Positions 1-14,619 are shown, counted from the whole stretch's first letter. The stretch: 63,832 nucleotides of DNA, filler included, from Octopus bimaculoides (GCF_001194135.2; 7 parts of 7 records of this genome joined end to end with filler, not necessarily neighbours in it), one strand, 5' to 3'. Notes: a model not told the origin generated them from the letters alone. Made by a program: numbers and translations.

Positions 1-249
1 TATATATATATATACGTCGACAGAATGAGAGACAGACACGGCAATCATTGAAGTAGAAGATGCACCAGCTTTTCCAACGTAATGCACTTCTTGACCAACA
101 TTCATACGTTCGTCCAATTTTGTTCTGTTATATGTAACGAATATTTGATACAGCCGTGTATGAGTTATTCTGGTTTAAAAATGTAACGGAAATACACAAA
201 TGTAAACCAGGTCTGTGTTAATGTGTGTGCGTGCGTGTGTGTGGCTTTT

Positions 250-345
250 ATCTTTTAACTGTGCACGTCATTGAACTGTGGTCATGTGGAGGCACCGCCT
301 CAAAGGGTTTCATCGAACAAATCGTCTCCAGCAGTTATTTTTCTT
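250..345 (-). mobile_element. SINE family A, 3' tail fragment
   Basis: Reverse complement of the family A tail (gactgtggtcatg...gcaccgcc). Confidence 0.6.
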
Positions 346-944
346 TAATTCTGATACTTATTCTATTGATATCATTTACCGAACCGCTAATCTTAATATA
401 TATTTAATACGCTATGCATATTTGTATAAACACTTATTCCACTATTAATTATTCTTTCTTATATTTTCCACTATATTCCACTATTACATTTTGTATTGAA
501 CTTTCTGTTAGTATATGGTATGTACTTCTTGCATTAAGCAGAACGAAAAACAGAAATAATTAGAAATTCCAGACTGAAAATTCAGAAGGCCTATGTGTGC
601 TGCTTCTTCCTTAAGTATATACAAGAAATATTGTTTTCCAGGAAGTTTTGTAGTGAATGTGAGCAATAATGCTTATTACCTACATTTGTATCTTTTGCAC
701 AGAATATGTCAAATATTTTGTAAATACGCAATTTTTGCATAAATTACACCTGCTACTCGTTAAAAACCTTTATAAAATGTATGTAACCCATTTGTAAGAT
801 CATGTACTCAAATATAAATATGCATATATTTTGGTAGTTTAGAATACATATACATGTACAACATTTTTGATCATTTAGTGTAGAATATAACAATGTAGAT
901 TACAGTGTGAATCTTTGGCCACAGCATATTTTTATATATTAAAA

Positions 945-1356
945 GCGGGCGTGGTTGTGTGGTAAGAAGCTTGCTTCCCAATTACATGGTTCGGGTTCTT
1001 TTACAATGTGTGGAACCTTGGGAAAGTGTCATCTACTATAGCTTTGAGCCAACCAAGACGTTGTGAGTGGATTTGGTAGTCGGAAACTGAAAGAAGCCCG
1101 TTGTATATATGCGTATGTGCGTGTATGTGTGTGTCTCTTTGTGTCTTTGTGTGTCCCCTACCACCGCTGGACAACCGGTGTTGTTGTGTTTACGTCCCCG
1201 TAAATTAACGATCCGGCAAAAAAAAAACAGATAGAATAAGTACCATGCTTTCAAAAATGTTAAGTACTGGGATTGATACATTCCACTAAGAATTCTTCAA
1301 GGCGGTACCCCAGCATGACCGCAGTCTAATAAATGAAACAAGTAAAGGATAAAAAG
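945..1356 (+). mobile_element. tRNA-derived SINE, family A, near full length
   Basis: A-box-like TGGTTGTGTGG, B-box-like GGTTC, internal (TG)n, and the shared tail ...cagcatgaccgcagtc...gaaacaagtaaa. Many homologous copies in the window. Confidence 0.85.
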
Positions 1357-1500
1357 TTAAACATACAACCTTTATAATATTTGAGAATTGATCAAAATAA
1401 TTTCCTTATTTTCCTGGTATTTTGGCATTTTTAATTACAACCTTACAGTCTTATTAGCTAGCTTCATCATCTACATTTTTCGACAAAACCTGCAGTTAGA

Positions 1501-1837
1501 AAAATTGAATATTCCCATGTACCATACATACAAGCCAAAATCGAATATTCCCATGTACCATACATACAAACCAAAATCGAATATTCCCATGTACTATACA
1601 TACAAGCCAAAATCGAATATTCCCATGTACCAGACATACAAGCCAAAATCGAATATTCCCATGTACCATACATACAAGCCAAAATCANNNNNNNNNNNNN
1701 NNNNNNNNNNNNNNNNNNNNNNNNNNNNNNNNNNNNNNNNNNNNNTATACATACAAGCCAAAATCGAATATTCCCATGTACCAGACATACAAGCCAAAAT
1801 CGAATATTCCCATGTACCATACATACAAGCCAAAATC
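1501..1837. repeat. 36-bp minisatellite (CATACATACAAGCCAAAATCGAATATTCCCATGTAC)n, interrupted by a gap
   Basis: Head-to-tail near-identical 36-bp units with no spacers. Confidence 0.95.
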
Positions 1838-2192
1838 ACTGCCGTTATTAACGTCTCGAGCACTCTAATATATTTTCTTGCACAAGCGTGCGTTTCATGC
1901 TTATATGTACATGTGCGTGTGTGTATAGTTATCATCATGCAATTAATATGTTCGTTCTATAAACAGGTTTTAAAATTTTTTACACAGAAGCGAATTCTAG
2001 ATGCTAATAAGAAAGTAATATATTTGTAAGTTTTCCTTTATTTTGTAATATAACATTATTTTGTTTGCTGGGGAAACATTTGGAAAGATTGATGAAAAAC
2101 TGCGCATATAATTCAAGTGAAAGTTTTAAATCTGTAAAACGTTCAGAACTTATGTGCGTATGCATGTATGTATAAATGTATGTATGAATGTA

Positions 2193-2229
<37 letters not shown>

Positions 2230-2308
2230 CGTTGGCTGATAAGGAATTAGGTACGAATTTTTTATTTGTTATTGTCTTTGTGAAATCTTTCAGATATATA
2301 TGCATATG

Positions 2309-2349
<41 letters not shown>

Positions 2350-3411
2350 GAATGTATATAAAAATATTTGCACATGTAGATAGATAGATAGATAGATAGA
2401 TAGATACATACATACATATATACATACATACATGCATACATACATACATACATACATACATACATACATACATACATACATACATACATACATACATAAG
2501 CAATCGAACATTAAATTGAAAGACTACTTGATGCCTTTCAGCAGAACTGCATATTCATTTTTTTCTATCTAAAATTCTCTTTTTTAATCAAATATTTACA
2601 ATAATAGCTTTTCTACACCTTGTCAATTTCTCTCGAAGTTTCTAAATTCTTATAGCATCAACAACATATTTTTACATGGAAATAGTTGACTGTTACTTCG
2701 ATGTTTTAACTATATAAACACCTCCATCGAACAGTCCGCTGAAGGCTGCAAAGCCGAATTATTTTGTGAATACACAAAATTGGACAGCGTATCAAGTATG
2801 TCAAATTTTCACTGGGCATTTTATGAACAAACCTTATATTAGCGTATTATAAAAGGAAGCCAACGACGTTATGCTGCATGAGCCAAAATTTAATTTTGTC
2901 ATTTCTATTTCAGTTGCAGCGAAAATATCAACATGGTATATTCTAATCTTCGACAGGACTTGAAAATGCAATCTGTTCTCATAGCTATATTTACCAACCA
3001 CAGCAAGTCGAAACTTGTATGCTTTATGAGCGTGACCAACGTAATGCGTTTGCTAAAGCAATCAAGAGAGTAATCAGTAGGACAGACTACCCTGATCCAA
3101 ATACAGGCAATGTTCTTTTTATTGCATACATACATATGTATCAATATAAGAACCACACTGGTGGAGCATTACCATCAAAATGTCAACCAAGTGCAAATAT
3201 AATAAGTCTGATATTGTTTTTTGGTATAAAAAATAATTCATGTAAAATTATAGAGGTTATTACCGTCATAATGCCTCTCCCAAGGTTTAATAGTATTTCT
3301 TTCAACACACGTATTCACATCAAGAATCTTGCACACCAAATACACATGCGAAATATAGAGGTTATCATTTCTTCCAAAATCAAACTGAAGTTTAATATTC
3401 ATGGACGTCTA

Positions 3412-4008
3412 TTAGGATGTCCGGTAAGTTCTGAGCGTTTTTAGGTTAAATCTTTTAGCGTTTCACTGAACACACCTGAAACGTTGCTTGAAGTGGTAGC
3501 GCACCTCTTCTTTGTGCCTGACTAAAAATTAATTTATCTTTCATTCCGATTACCCTTTACTGCCATTTGAAATAGATAACCAAAAATTTCATATTCGCGT
3601 TGTAATGTTTTTCTTTCTTAAAAAAGAAGAAAATGGTGCAAAGATTTGCAAAAACATTTGTGAAGTTTATGGGGATGGTGCTGTAGGTTAATCAACTGTT
3701 CCAAAGTGGTTTGCAAAATTTAAAATAGGAGGCTTTGGCTTGGAAGATGACAGTCGCAGTGGAAGACCTTCAAAATTGGATGAAGATGTTTTGAAGGCAA
3801 AAATCGAAGAAAATTCAAATATCACAACTAGAGAACTTGCAGACGAGTTGGAAGTTTCTAAAAGTACGGCTCGTGAGTACCTAATGAAGCTAGGATACAT
3901 TTCTTGCTATAATGTATGGGTCTCTCACAAACTCTCAGAAAAGAATTGCTTGGACCGGTATTCCATTTGTAATATGCTTTTGAAACGAAATGAAAGCATG
4001 CCTTTTTG
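3412..4008 (+). mobile_element. mariner element, 5' half (TIR plus transposase N-terminus), truncated
   Basis: TA followed by a TIR-like TTAGGATGTCCGGTAAGTT. Peptide ...KWFAKFKIGGFGLEDDSRSGRPSKLDED...TTRELADELEVSKST...VWVSHKL...LLKRNESMPF has the HTH and a WVPHEL-like motif, with an in-frame stop upstream. Confidence 0.9.
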
Positions 4009-4930
4009 AACGCACTTTTAACATCAATTTGATTTTTGAACTTCTCTTGCAGGAAACCATGAAGTCGTTTGAAAAAAAAGTGGTAGTCTGTAGGAGAAAG
4101 GTATGGGAAATAAGCTGGGTAGGGAAGAACTTCGTAGCCAAGTTCCCTCAACTTCTGGAGCGTCATTAGTGAAACGTGTGATCGAGTATTGTCATGAATA
4201 ATGATTTGCCCTCTTCTGTTGACCAGTCTGGGACGGAGGAGTAGCAGTTGTTCCGTTCCGTTTGATAATTTCATGGCAATATGTTTCTGCAGTAATGGTT
4301 TTTTCCGGGTTTTGGGAAGTTATAGTAGATGAGTCCAGCAGTATACCAACAAACAGTCACCAAAACCTTTTTGAAGAGTTCGGGTTTAAGGAAGGGTTTA
4401 GGTGCTTTTTTATTATCGTACTGAATCCACTGTTCATGGCAAGTTACAATACGGTCGAGAAATATAGATCTGGTTAGGGATAAGCGACAAGAAAATTTCA
4501 TATCTGCGCATTTTCTGATTTTGATTCAAGTCATGTGGTACCCATTTGTCGATCTTTTTTGAGTTTCCGTTAACATGCAAATGATTGCAGGCAGTTTTCT
4601 GGCTAACTTGAAGTTCTTTTGCCAGTTCTCGAGTGATGTTACATGGATCTTTCTCAATGACGATCTTTAATTGACTGTCATCGATGACAGACGGGTGTCC
4701 ACTACGTGCACGATCTTCAAGGCTCAGGTCTCCACTGCGATATCGTTTAAACATTTTCGAGCGGACCACTCACTGGTCATTTCCTCACCAAATTTTTCGT
4801 TGATATGGCCAACAGCTTCAGCTGTTTTACGCCCTTTTTTAAAGTTGAATAGCAAAATTGCTCGAATATCGCGTTTTGACAGTTCCATTTAAGATGATTG
4901 TAACAACGGTGAAAAAATATCCATGTCAAT
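3995..4930 (-). mobile_element. mariner (DD34D) transposase pseudogene, different subfamily
   Basis: ATG at 4888 (MELSKRDIRAILLFNF...). Frameshifted pieces contain LEDRARSGHP, KWVPHDL, FLDRIVTCHEQWIQYDN, HDNTRSH and YLSPTDYHFF (YSPDL-like motif). Confidence 0.93.
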
Positions 4931-5268
4931 TTATTGAAGAAATTTGGGCAAGTTTATATCTGTGTTACCAGACAATTGCAAAGAAATGTTTTTAAAACAT
5001 TCAAAACTCTGCAAAAGTCCGGTACAAATTCTTCATCGTTCAAAACGTTGCTCACATTTTACTCAACCTGATATCAATGCATATATACATAGATACGGAT
5101 ATTGTTTTAAATTTGTGACTATGATTAGTGACACATATCTATACGAAACTAAATGCCAAAGTAGCTATCAGAAAAACCTACGTTTTCCTAAACTAGAAAG
5201 AACTGGACTAGTTAGAAAAAACAGCTACAAGTCGATGTTGAACTATGAAAATATGAAAACATTCCAGA

Positions 5269-5311
<43 letters not shown>

Positions 5312-8223
5312 GATCAGATATGCAGACATAGCTGTAGGTAAACATTGAAGTATTTGGAAAGTCAAAAAAGTATTGAATTGTAAGAAATAGCGGCCACAAC
5401 ATCCTCTTCAAATCATACCAAAGAATTTATAAAAATGCGAAAGGTACATTGAATAATGTTCTTACTTATATATTGCCTGGGAAACTACAAAGATACAGGA
5501 ATGTTATATGTCTATTGGAGTAAAAAAGCAACAACATTAATTCATATTTCACTATGCTTGAAAGCAGTGAATTGTGCAGGGAAAAGAAACAGGATATTGT
5601 GACAATGCTAAAGTAGATGCTACCAAAGGTAATCTTGTGGGCCAAAACATCTTAAAATTTTGGTAAAAGAGCGAGCAGAGAACTATAGAATTCAAAATTA
5701 TTGAAATTTATTATTGAGTGCAATGGGAAGTGAGTCTGATCTTTAGTGAACAGGAAGAATTCCGGAGCTGTTTCTACTTAATAAGGCATCATCAGATAAG
5801 CAGAATCTGATCATACCAGGATTTTCACTGCACTGACTGACAAGTATTAGAAACAGTTCTCATTACATTCTATTTTAATTAATCATAATTAAATATTGGC
5901 TTCCTTCATTAAGTGTGTAATTGTAATTGGTTAAATGTTTATGACTCCCCACAATATGGCATGTTAGTAACCGCTTTACTATGCAACGTGTGTCCCTCAC
6001 TTCCCCTCATCATTCATTCTACTATAGCATCGATGTCTCTTTTGAAAGATTATAGCAGTTACGAATACGGCTTCTCTTGTATTAGCACAGCGAATTCATA
6101 TTCTGAAGAGAAATGTGGTCAATTGAAACGATTTGATAAATGAAAACTTATTTTAGTGGCTCTGGATGGATGAAAGACAAAATTACTTCATTGAGAATTG
6201 AACGCAGAACAGCGAGTAAATTAGCAAAGTTAGTAGGAGCTCCGAAGAAAAAGTTCATTTACGTTTAGGCACTAATAAATGAAATAGAGACTCATGTTTT
6301 GAGCAGGGCTTTTCTCAGGGAAGATAAAACTCACTAGAATCTTTATTCTCTAATCTACATCATCTTAAGGCACATCAATATATATTTCATTTAATTTCAT
6401 TCCTAATCTGATTCAAGCCTATGCAACATTCACTAGATTACCGGTTCTATCATCAATGACTGTAAGGAATTTATTCTGCAACATAGTCTCTTCTAACATT
6501 TCTACGCCCTGTATACATTATTAAGAAGTGCTAGAAAACGTAATAGGATTACAAATGTATAAAGGCCATCAAATGTTAGAGACTATCAAATGTTAAAGCA
6601 ACTATAGAACTAAATATTCATAGGTATTAAGATGTTATTAACCTGTTGGTTTATCGTCTTAACCTACAAAGGTTATAGGGCTACTGATGTTAAAGCTCTA
6701 ATAGATCTTATTCAAGCAACAGATCTATAAAGGTTTTAGAAGCCAGCAAAATTCACCAGAGCCGCAGAGGTTACGGTACTGTAGATGCTGTAGACCCACA
6801 TCTGCCATAAAGAATTATAGAAACTATAAACCTTCAAAGACACTCACATATAGAGTTATTATATCGAGTCATCGATCATGAATAAAGTCGCTCGTAGGTT
6901 ATCAATCTGTCATGTCTCGTTGCTAGAAGTCAATGGAGGATAAAAAAATATAAAATAAAATAAAATGAATGATACAAAATGAAATAATCAACAACTACAA
7001 AAACAAAAATAACAATAACATATTCGTAAACACTGATCTGTCCCATTAAAAGATCGAATGTCTACTATTTCAGAGAAGAGAAAAGTAAAAGTATTTCTTA
7101 CTAAAAACACAAAGAAAATAAAACAGATGAACAATAACAGATATTGTATGAGGTAGATTATACAGATACATCAGTGACTATGGTTTCAAACAGCAGACGC
7201 CTTTGATCATAAAACTATATCAAGCGAATATTTCAAGATTAACGACCGGAGAATCAAATCGATAATAAAGACACGCGGATTTTTCTGGCAAGAAAGAAAC
7301 TTTTAATTCGTATCCATGGTGATATTTCAATGTAACTTCTGTTAGTCTCTGTTTATAGCTGTGATATCACCTTTTTTATGTCCTTTTTTATTATTCTTCA
7401 ATTCATTTTTTTTATTTCTTGCCAATGTAAGGCCAAGCCATCATCAAATCTCCGAGAGCTTTTGTACTTGTAAACCATCTAGTTGATGTTATGAGGGACC
7501 TATAAATTAGAATTTGTTTGCATGCGTATGTATGTTAATTTCAGCAATACTTATCGAATTATTGCAATCATCAAAGCAGATCATTGTATTTTATATAGCG
7601 CATTCTTAGTAGTTTTTTGTGACAACGATTTTTTTTCTTATATCCAATGGATGATGCAGCAATAAGAAGGTAAGACGTTCAATCTTACTTTACTCGCTCT
7701 CATGTAAGTATTTATGGCAATGCCACCACACTTTCCGCCTCATCAATTCACAACTGATTTGTTGTTGTTATTGTTACTGTTTTATTTTTTACCAGTTTTG
7801 CCTTTATGTAGGGCATGGAGAAATTGTAAGAGTGGGTAACATTGTTTGTCAATGAACTTTTGTCAACGACACTGCTAGAATGAAGCGATGTAAAAAGACG
7901 TGAAATCGTCACAAATTCAGGATTCAAAACCACTGTTGAGTCAAGTATAGCAATGGATTCTTCTCTCTTTCTCTCCCTCTCGTTTTCTCTCTCTCTCTCC
8001 CTCCCTTCTCTCTCATTGAATCAACTAAGCATTGCAAAATATACGACATGTAAGTCCCTATGGTAAAACCACCAAAGAAACCTTTAAGACAGTTAAATCT
8101 GCAAGGTGTAAGGCTAAGCATTTTGTCTCAATGTATGTATGTATGCATGCATGCATGTATGCATGTGTGCATGCATGCATGTATGTGTGTGTGCATGTAT
8201 GTATACATTGTGTATGTATGTAC

Positions 8224-8254
<31 letters not shown>

Positions 8255-8301
8255 TGCGTGTGCGTGAGTGTTCGCTCACAGATAGATAGATAGTTAGATA
8301 T

Positions 8302-8411
<110 letters not shown>

Positions 8412-8459
8412 CTAATTTGCCCGAGTAAAATAGTAAGCGAATTATTATATCATATATCA

Positions 8460-8630
8460 AGGCGGTGCTAACTGGCGAAATCGTTAAAGTATCGGTCAAA
8501 ATTCCTCGCCTTATTTTTTCTGGCTATTTACATTTTGAGTTCAATTCCTGTCAAAGCCAACTACATCTTTCATCATTCCGGGCGCGATAAAAAGAAAGTA
8601 TCAAACAAGTACTTGTGTCGAATGTATCGA
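8460..8630 (+). mobile_element. tRNA-derived SINE, family B, diverged
   Basis: Similar to the 14620-14847 copy (ctggc..aatcgtta...gagttcaattcc...ctttcatc.ttc.ggg). Confidence 0.55.
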
Positions 8631-10261
8631 CACAACTCCTTTTCAAATATGTGATCTGGTACCTATACTAGAGATCATTGCTAGATGTTTGATAGATTGT
8701 TCTGAAGGAGAGGGTTTTTCTCTGGATACTATAGGCTGTAAAAGGTATAAGTGTAGACATATATGTTTTCCATAGAGAAAATACAAGTTGCACTATTGGT
8801 GTGTGGCTTCTAATATAGCTGCTGATATTCTAACCATAACATGCATTTTCACTAAAGGGTTTTGTTGTGCGTGATGAATAATGTGTCAACTCATACATAA
8901 TGTGCAAATATTCAGCTGCACGAATTTATTTATTTATTAAAATTATCCGCCTTCAAAGACACTACATATTATCCTGAGACAAGGTAATATATTTACTCGC
9001 CTAAATCTATCGAATTAAAATTAGATTTTATTTTGAATGCAAAGAGACTCGATTGAGAAATTAAAAAAAATATTGAGTCGGTGAATGAGTAATGAACATC
9101 GAAAGAGCTACTGCCCTAACACCACTCTCACCACTACCGTTGTATGTTATATAAAACGCCTTGAAGATGCCTGATTTGGAGAACTCCCACCCAACTCCAC
9201 CTTCTTAGCTAATTTTTAAAAAGACCTTTTAAGAGACAACTAACAAAATAGTCAGAAGCGTTATTTCTAAAATATTTGCTAATTAAAATCTGATAAAAAT
9301 TCACTCGAAATGTAGGAATATTTAGTAACAGAGAAAGTGGTGGAATGGCAAAAGAAGATTATGATGAATGTAGCAAAGAAAACAAAATACGCCAGGAATT
9401 AATTAATACTTGCATAAACTATACAATCGGATCACTGAATAATTAAAATTAAAACACCGCCTGAATAAATTTGAAAAAATAGTTAATCATAGTAATTACA
9501 ATTTAAATATTTTTCTAACGTATTTTCCTGCGATGTTTTTGTTTGTATTTTTATGAAATCGAATTGAAATATTCCTGTTATCTAAATTCACCAGGCCTAT
9601 GTGGATGAGCAATATGATGTCTTTATCTCTACTGGATAGTGACAGGGTGTAGGGATTATTAATGGATATTACAACAGGTGTCTGAAAAACTATGGAGCCC
9701 TATCAAGGTATCATATGGATATTTGCAGCAGAGATCCTATACGTTAATCAACTCATTTAATCAAGCTAGACCGAAACGAAGCATCCCATGATACCGACGT
9801 CAGAACGTGGAGAAAAGCTTTATGGAACCACTGCTGAATAAATAAATGTATATGGAACTGTAGGATACTGATCCAAATAGCGGTTGTCTCATTTTATAAA
9901 TTCGTGTATGCAACTTACATTTACTTACTGTTGTATTTCAAAGCTTAACTTCTTTTCAGAAAGAGTTTTAGAAACGACAACCAGGTTTCAAATTTAAATT
10001 TTAGTTTGACCTATATAGGATGGAGTGTACTTGTACAACTTTCTTATACACGAGATCACACTGATTATATCTGGGTATTGCGTTATGGTTTTGTGCTTTT
10101 GTCGCATGATTTGACTTTATATGTTAATTCAATGAGCAGGTAATTCAGCTGATTAAACAACTGAATTCTTAACGTCGAAGTCGATAGCTGGAGAACCAGC
10201 CATATAAATAAGGCATACAAACATACATACGCACATGCTCACTCTCTCTTTCTTTCTGCCT

Positions 10262-10369
<108 letters not shown>

Positions 10370-10589
10370 ATAGACACACACACAAACGTATGCACACACG
10401 CGCACACACGTACACACACGAACACACAGGCGCACATACACATACAATTATTTTAGATTTGGGTATACACTTCGTGGTATGTCGATTAAAGCACGTTCAC
10501 TGTCTACGGCTACCTGGTGTCATTAACAGTATGTATATAAATGCCAGTGGATTGACTTCAAGAATTCTTCCGTGTCCGTCGAGTGTATA

Positions 10590-10760
10590 ACAAATGAGAG
10601 AAACCCTGCATGCCACTGGAAACAGGAAAATAACAAAATGCATTATAATCGAACCAAGCGAAACCGAATTTATAGAACGCGATACCTTTTGAAAAGACAC
10701 CTGACGAGACACATTTGCACCCTAAGATGCACAGCAACCACTTGTCCAGAATCTCACCCG
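10590..10760 (+). mobile_element. possible Penelope-like GIY-YIG endonuclease remnant
   Basis: Degenerate peptide ATGNRKITKCIIIEPSETEFIER resembles the YIGxTExEFKxRY region. Stops and frameshifts present. Confidence 0.3.
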
Positions 10761-10777
10761 CTCGAGACCAATGCAAA

Positions 10778-10824
<47 letters not shown>

Positions 10825-11099
10825 TATATATATATACATTTATAAACAAAATTAAGGGATCAGCAACAGGTTGCTTATATATATATATATATTAGACAGA
10901 GAAAGAGACCGAGAGAAAGAGAGCTAGGGTGTTTGAACACTTACATTGTTAGAAGTAAGAACTAAAAAGCTCTAAAAGGCTAATGCTGTAGTTAAAGCAA
11001 AAAATTATGCAGGATTATTCAAAAAGAATGAACCGATCTCATTGTGCAATATTTAAATAAGGAAAAGCAATAGAAAACTCCAGCTAAGTCACAAGTGTT

Positions 11100-11175
11100 T
11101 ACTCACAATCAACTTTTATTTCCTGTCTTACAAGTGTTCAATGTGGCCACCACCTGCAGCACAGGCAACATCAGC
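11100..11175 (-). mobile_element. Tc1-like transposase C-terminal remnant
   Basis: Minus strand reads ...VACAAGGGHIEHL*, typical of the Tc1 GGHIE ending. Confidence 0.5.
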
Positions 11176-11177
11176 AC

Positions 11178-11625
11178 AGGATAATCAAAGCAATCACAAT
11201 ATTTGGAAAACTTACAAAAAGTACATGCAAGGACAAAATATTCAATAGAAACACTAATATCACTATCTATGACGCGTGTGTCCTTAGCACATTGCTGTAT
11301 AATTCCAAATCATGGACTACGTTTTCAAAATCCGCGCAAAAACTGAAGAATTCTATCTGGCAATAGTGTTTTTGTAAAATCTTAAACATTCCATAGTAAG
11401 ATAATATTCTCATAATCAAATCGATGCAGCTCGTGAAACTGCTCAGCATGATATAAATCCTATCTAAATGATGACTATGATAATTAGGCTATGCTAAGCT
11501 TATAAAAGACAGCAACATTGCAAAATAGTTGATCATCAGTGGACACCCTGTAAAGCGAAGGAAAAGAATTTCCCATCTGTGTTTTAAAAGTATCCGTAAG
11601 AGCAACTTATCGTGTGCCGTATAGA
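11178..11625 (+). mobile_element. RTE-clade LINE RT C-terminal fragment, degenerate
   Basis: RIIKAITIFGKLTK...TIYDACVLSTLLYNSKSWT matches RTE RIxKAxxAFGRL...YxACVLSTLLYGSESWT, followed by multiple stops. Confidence 0.75.
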
Positions 11626-12034
11626 TTTTACGAAATAAAATTTTGTTAGTAACAGAACAACTAGAAGGACAACAGTTGACCAAGGTGTCGTTATGGAACA
11701 GAAGATAAATGCCGCTTACCAGTTGAAATATGAAGGTAGACAAGTATAACCACTCCAAACGAGCAGCATTTCATTGAGCTGTGCTTCTAGTTGTTGAGCT
11801 TCAGGTAGCAACACTGACAGTTTAGTCATTCATAAGAATTAGCTACATGAAATTGTAAGATTATTCCTTGTATACTGTGTAACATGATGCATATATATAC
11901 CGTACATATACCATATACGGCTATATGTATATTTGTATAAACCCACACACATAAACACATATACACATATAGATGTATGTGTGTATACATATGTACATAC
12001 ACACACGTGTGTGTATATATATGCATGTGTGTGT

Positions 12035-12086
<52 letters not shown>

Positions 12087-14619
12087 GCACACACACGTTT
12101 ATATGTACATATGTATGCATGTAGTTTCTTTAATACTTGTATCTGTAAATTCAGGCAAATACACAGACAGACAGACAGACAGATAGACAGACAGACATAT
12201 AGACAGACAGATAGACAGACGGGCGGACCGGCGGACAGACAGACAGTCAGATAGATAGATAGATAGACATTTGTTGCCTGCCAAGATAGAATTTGAATAC
12301 AATGATTCTTATTAAAAAGTATAAAGCTGATTCTTATTAAAAAGTATAAATGAATATTAACATGCATATTTAAACATAAACATACATACACACATACGCA
12401 CACGCATGCAGAATTATATAAGCATTCCCAAAAACTCCTATATATCTGTGTATGTAGACACACACACACAAATCTCATTTTCATAACAACACAATATTCT
12501 TTCCACACATTGCCTTTAATCCTTCCACAACTAAAACCCTTTTGTTTTGCGTTTGTTTTAATGGAATCTGTATCTATCACTATTCTTCCTATAATCATTC
12601 TATTGCTCTCTTATTGTCTCTTCAATCTCTTTTATATCTCTCAGTGTCTTACTCGATCTCTCCCACTATCCTTTCTTGTATTTCTCTATATATCATTCTA
12701 CCCCCTCCTTTATTATATCTTGCTATCTTTCCCACTCTTTCTCTCTCTCCCTTTCTCTTCCTCTCTCTGTGTATGTGTGCGTATTAAATAATCCTTCATT
12801 AGTTATCTCTTATTATTCTAACTTTCACGTTATCGCTAGTGATTCCTGCATTCTCTCACTGTATCCCTCCTTATTTTCTTTTTAATGTCTTATATTCCAC
12901 ACTATATGCTTCCACTCTCCCTCATTATCTCAGTATATCTCACCCGTTTTCTCTCCATCTCAACCCTCTTTCACACTTCCTCTCCCTTTCTCTCAATTTA
13001 CCCTTATCTCTAAACTCCCACTTTCACTAGTTCTCAACTTCACTCCCTCTCTCTCATTTTCTTTATCAATAATTATTTCTCTTCCAATACCCTACCTCTC
13101 CCCCTCTCTCTTTTCCTTCTTAATTCTCCTCTCCTACCTCCACCCATACAATATTTGTTATTATATTTCCATACTCTATAACCAACAACTAAATCTTTCA
13201 TGTCAATATCTGATAAACCGTCATTGATTTGTTTGTTTGTTAGTTTGTTTTATGCGGGTTTTTCTTTTTTCTTTTTCTCAATATTTCTGAATTGTGGAAT
13301 CAGATCACATAAGACAATAATACAAATAATTGCTTGATGATGAGAATGACGATGATGACAATAAATATTACAATCAGAATAATCATCATCACTAACATCT
13401 TGACCGTTGTAGTCACTATCATCATCATCACTAACATCATCATAATCATTACCATCATCGTGAATATAAAGAAGTGTGATGACGATGATCAAAACGAACG
13501 AACTACCACTCAGTCAATCTAACATATAATGCAGATAATCAGAGCAAGTATATGTGTATTCATAAACATATGCATAAAAACACACGCATATGCATATGTG
13601 TGTGTTTTTAAGTATGTGTTTATTCATAAACATATGCATAAAAACACACGCATATGCATATGTGTGTGGTTGTTTAATATGTATAGTTATGTGTGTATTT
13701 ATATGTACATATACATACATACATATATACGTACATACATATGCATATAAGTACATACATAGAAGCATAAACATACGCGGCTTCTGCATCTTGCGTGACC
13801 ATAGATCAGTACCTGGAGAACGTTCTCTCAGGAAAATGTATGGACAAGGCGTCATTTTGTAATTAAGAGCAGCGGTTCGGTAGCTCTGATATATGCAAGT
13901 CTCTTCTCCCCATGCACCCAATGTTCATGAATAAAAAGCATTAGTCGATGTGGCTTGGCATACGTAATCTCACGGACCAACTCTAGTTCGCTCTAGCTAT
14001 TGGATTTGTTCGGTATATAAACAGATTGCCTGCTTATTTATCTGGCAGTAGTCAAGGTGATGTGGACACCTCGAATGAGAACTCAATAAGGTTCAAAAAT
14101 CAAATAAGGCTGTTCACCATTTTGTGCAATCTGCTGAGAACTAGTTAAATTTGCCGTTTATATATCTGCTACACAGGTTATACATATATTTTTCTTTGTA
14201 TATACCTTTTTCTTTGTATATACCAAAATTATTATTCAGAGTTCCACATAAACGTTCGTCGAACAGCTGTGATGAATACTGAATTAAAATCAATCGTGAT
14301 GGTACATGTAATATAATATGATATAATATAATTCAATTCAACGAATAAACATTTAAATCTGGTTTTCAAAACATAACGGTCTAGTTATGTTTCGTAACAA
14401 CAACTACAATGTTATATCTTGAAAATCACCCACCGTATCAAATTTAAATGCTTATTCCTTTATTTCAATTATATTATATCAAATTATATAACATATACCA
14501 TCACGATTTTAATCCAGTTTTCATCACAACTGTACAACGAACGGGAGCATGAAACTATAAGTAACAGTTTTCTGAACATTTTGTAGCTTTAATAAAGTAT
14601 GTATACGTATATACACACT

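Noticed and set aside
945-1030. tRNA genes at the SINE heads
   Set aside because: They have A/B boxes but no full cloverleaf, and continue into SINE body and tail.
1501-1837. CRISPR array (36-bp repeats)
   Set aside because: The units are head-to-tail with no unique spacers, there are no cas genes, and the context is eukaryotic.
6540-6860. Degenerate short-period repeat or coding region
   Set aside because: Only vague recurring aaatgtta/ctataga words, with no stable period or ORF.
7400-7490. Chitinase C-terminal exon (minus strand RWFTSTKALGDLMMAW)
   Set aside because: The spacing does not fit W-x5-xGGxMxW, there is no DxDD, and the frame ends in a stop.
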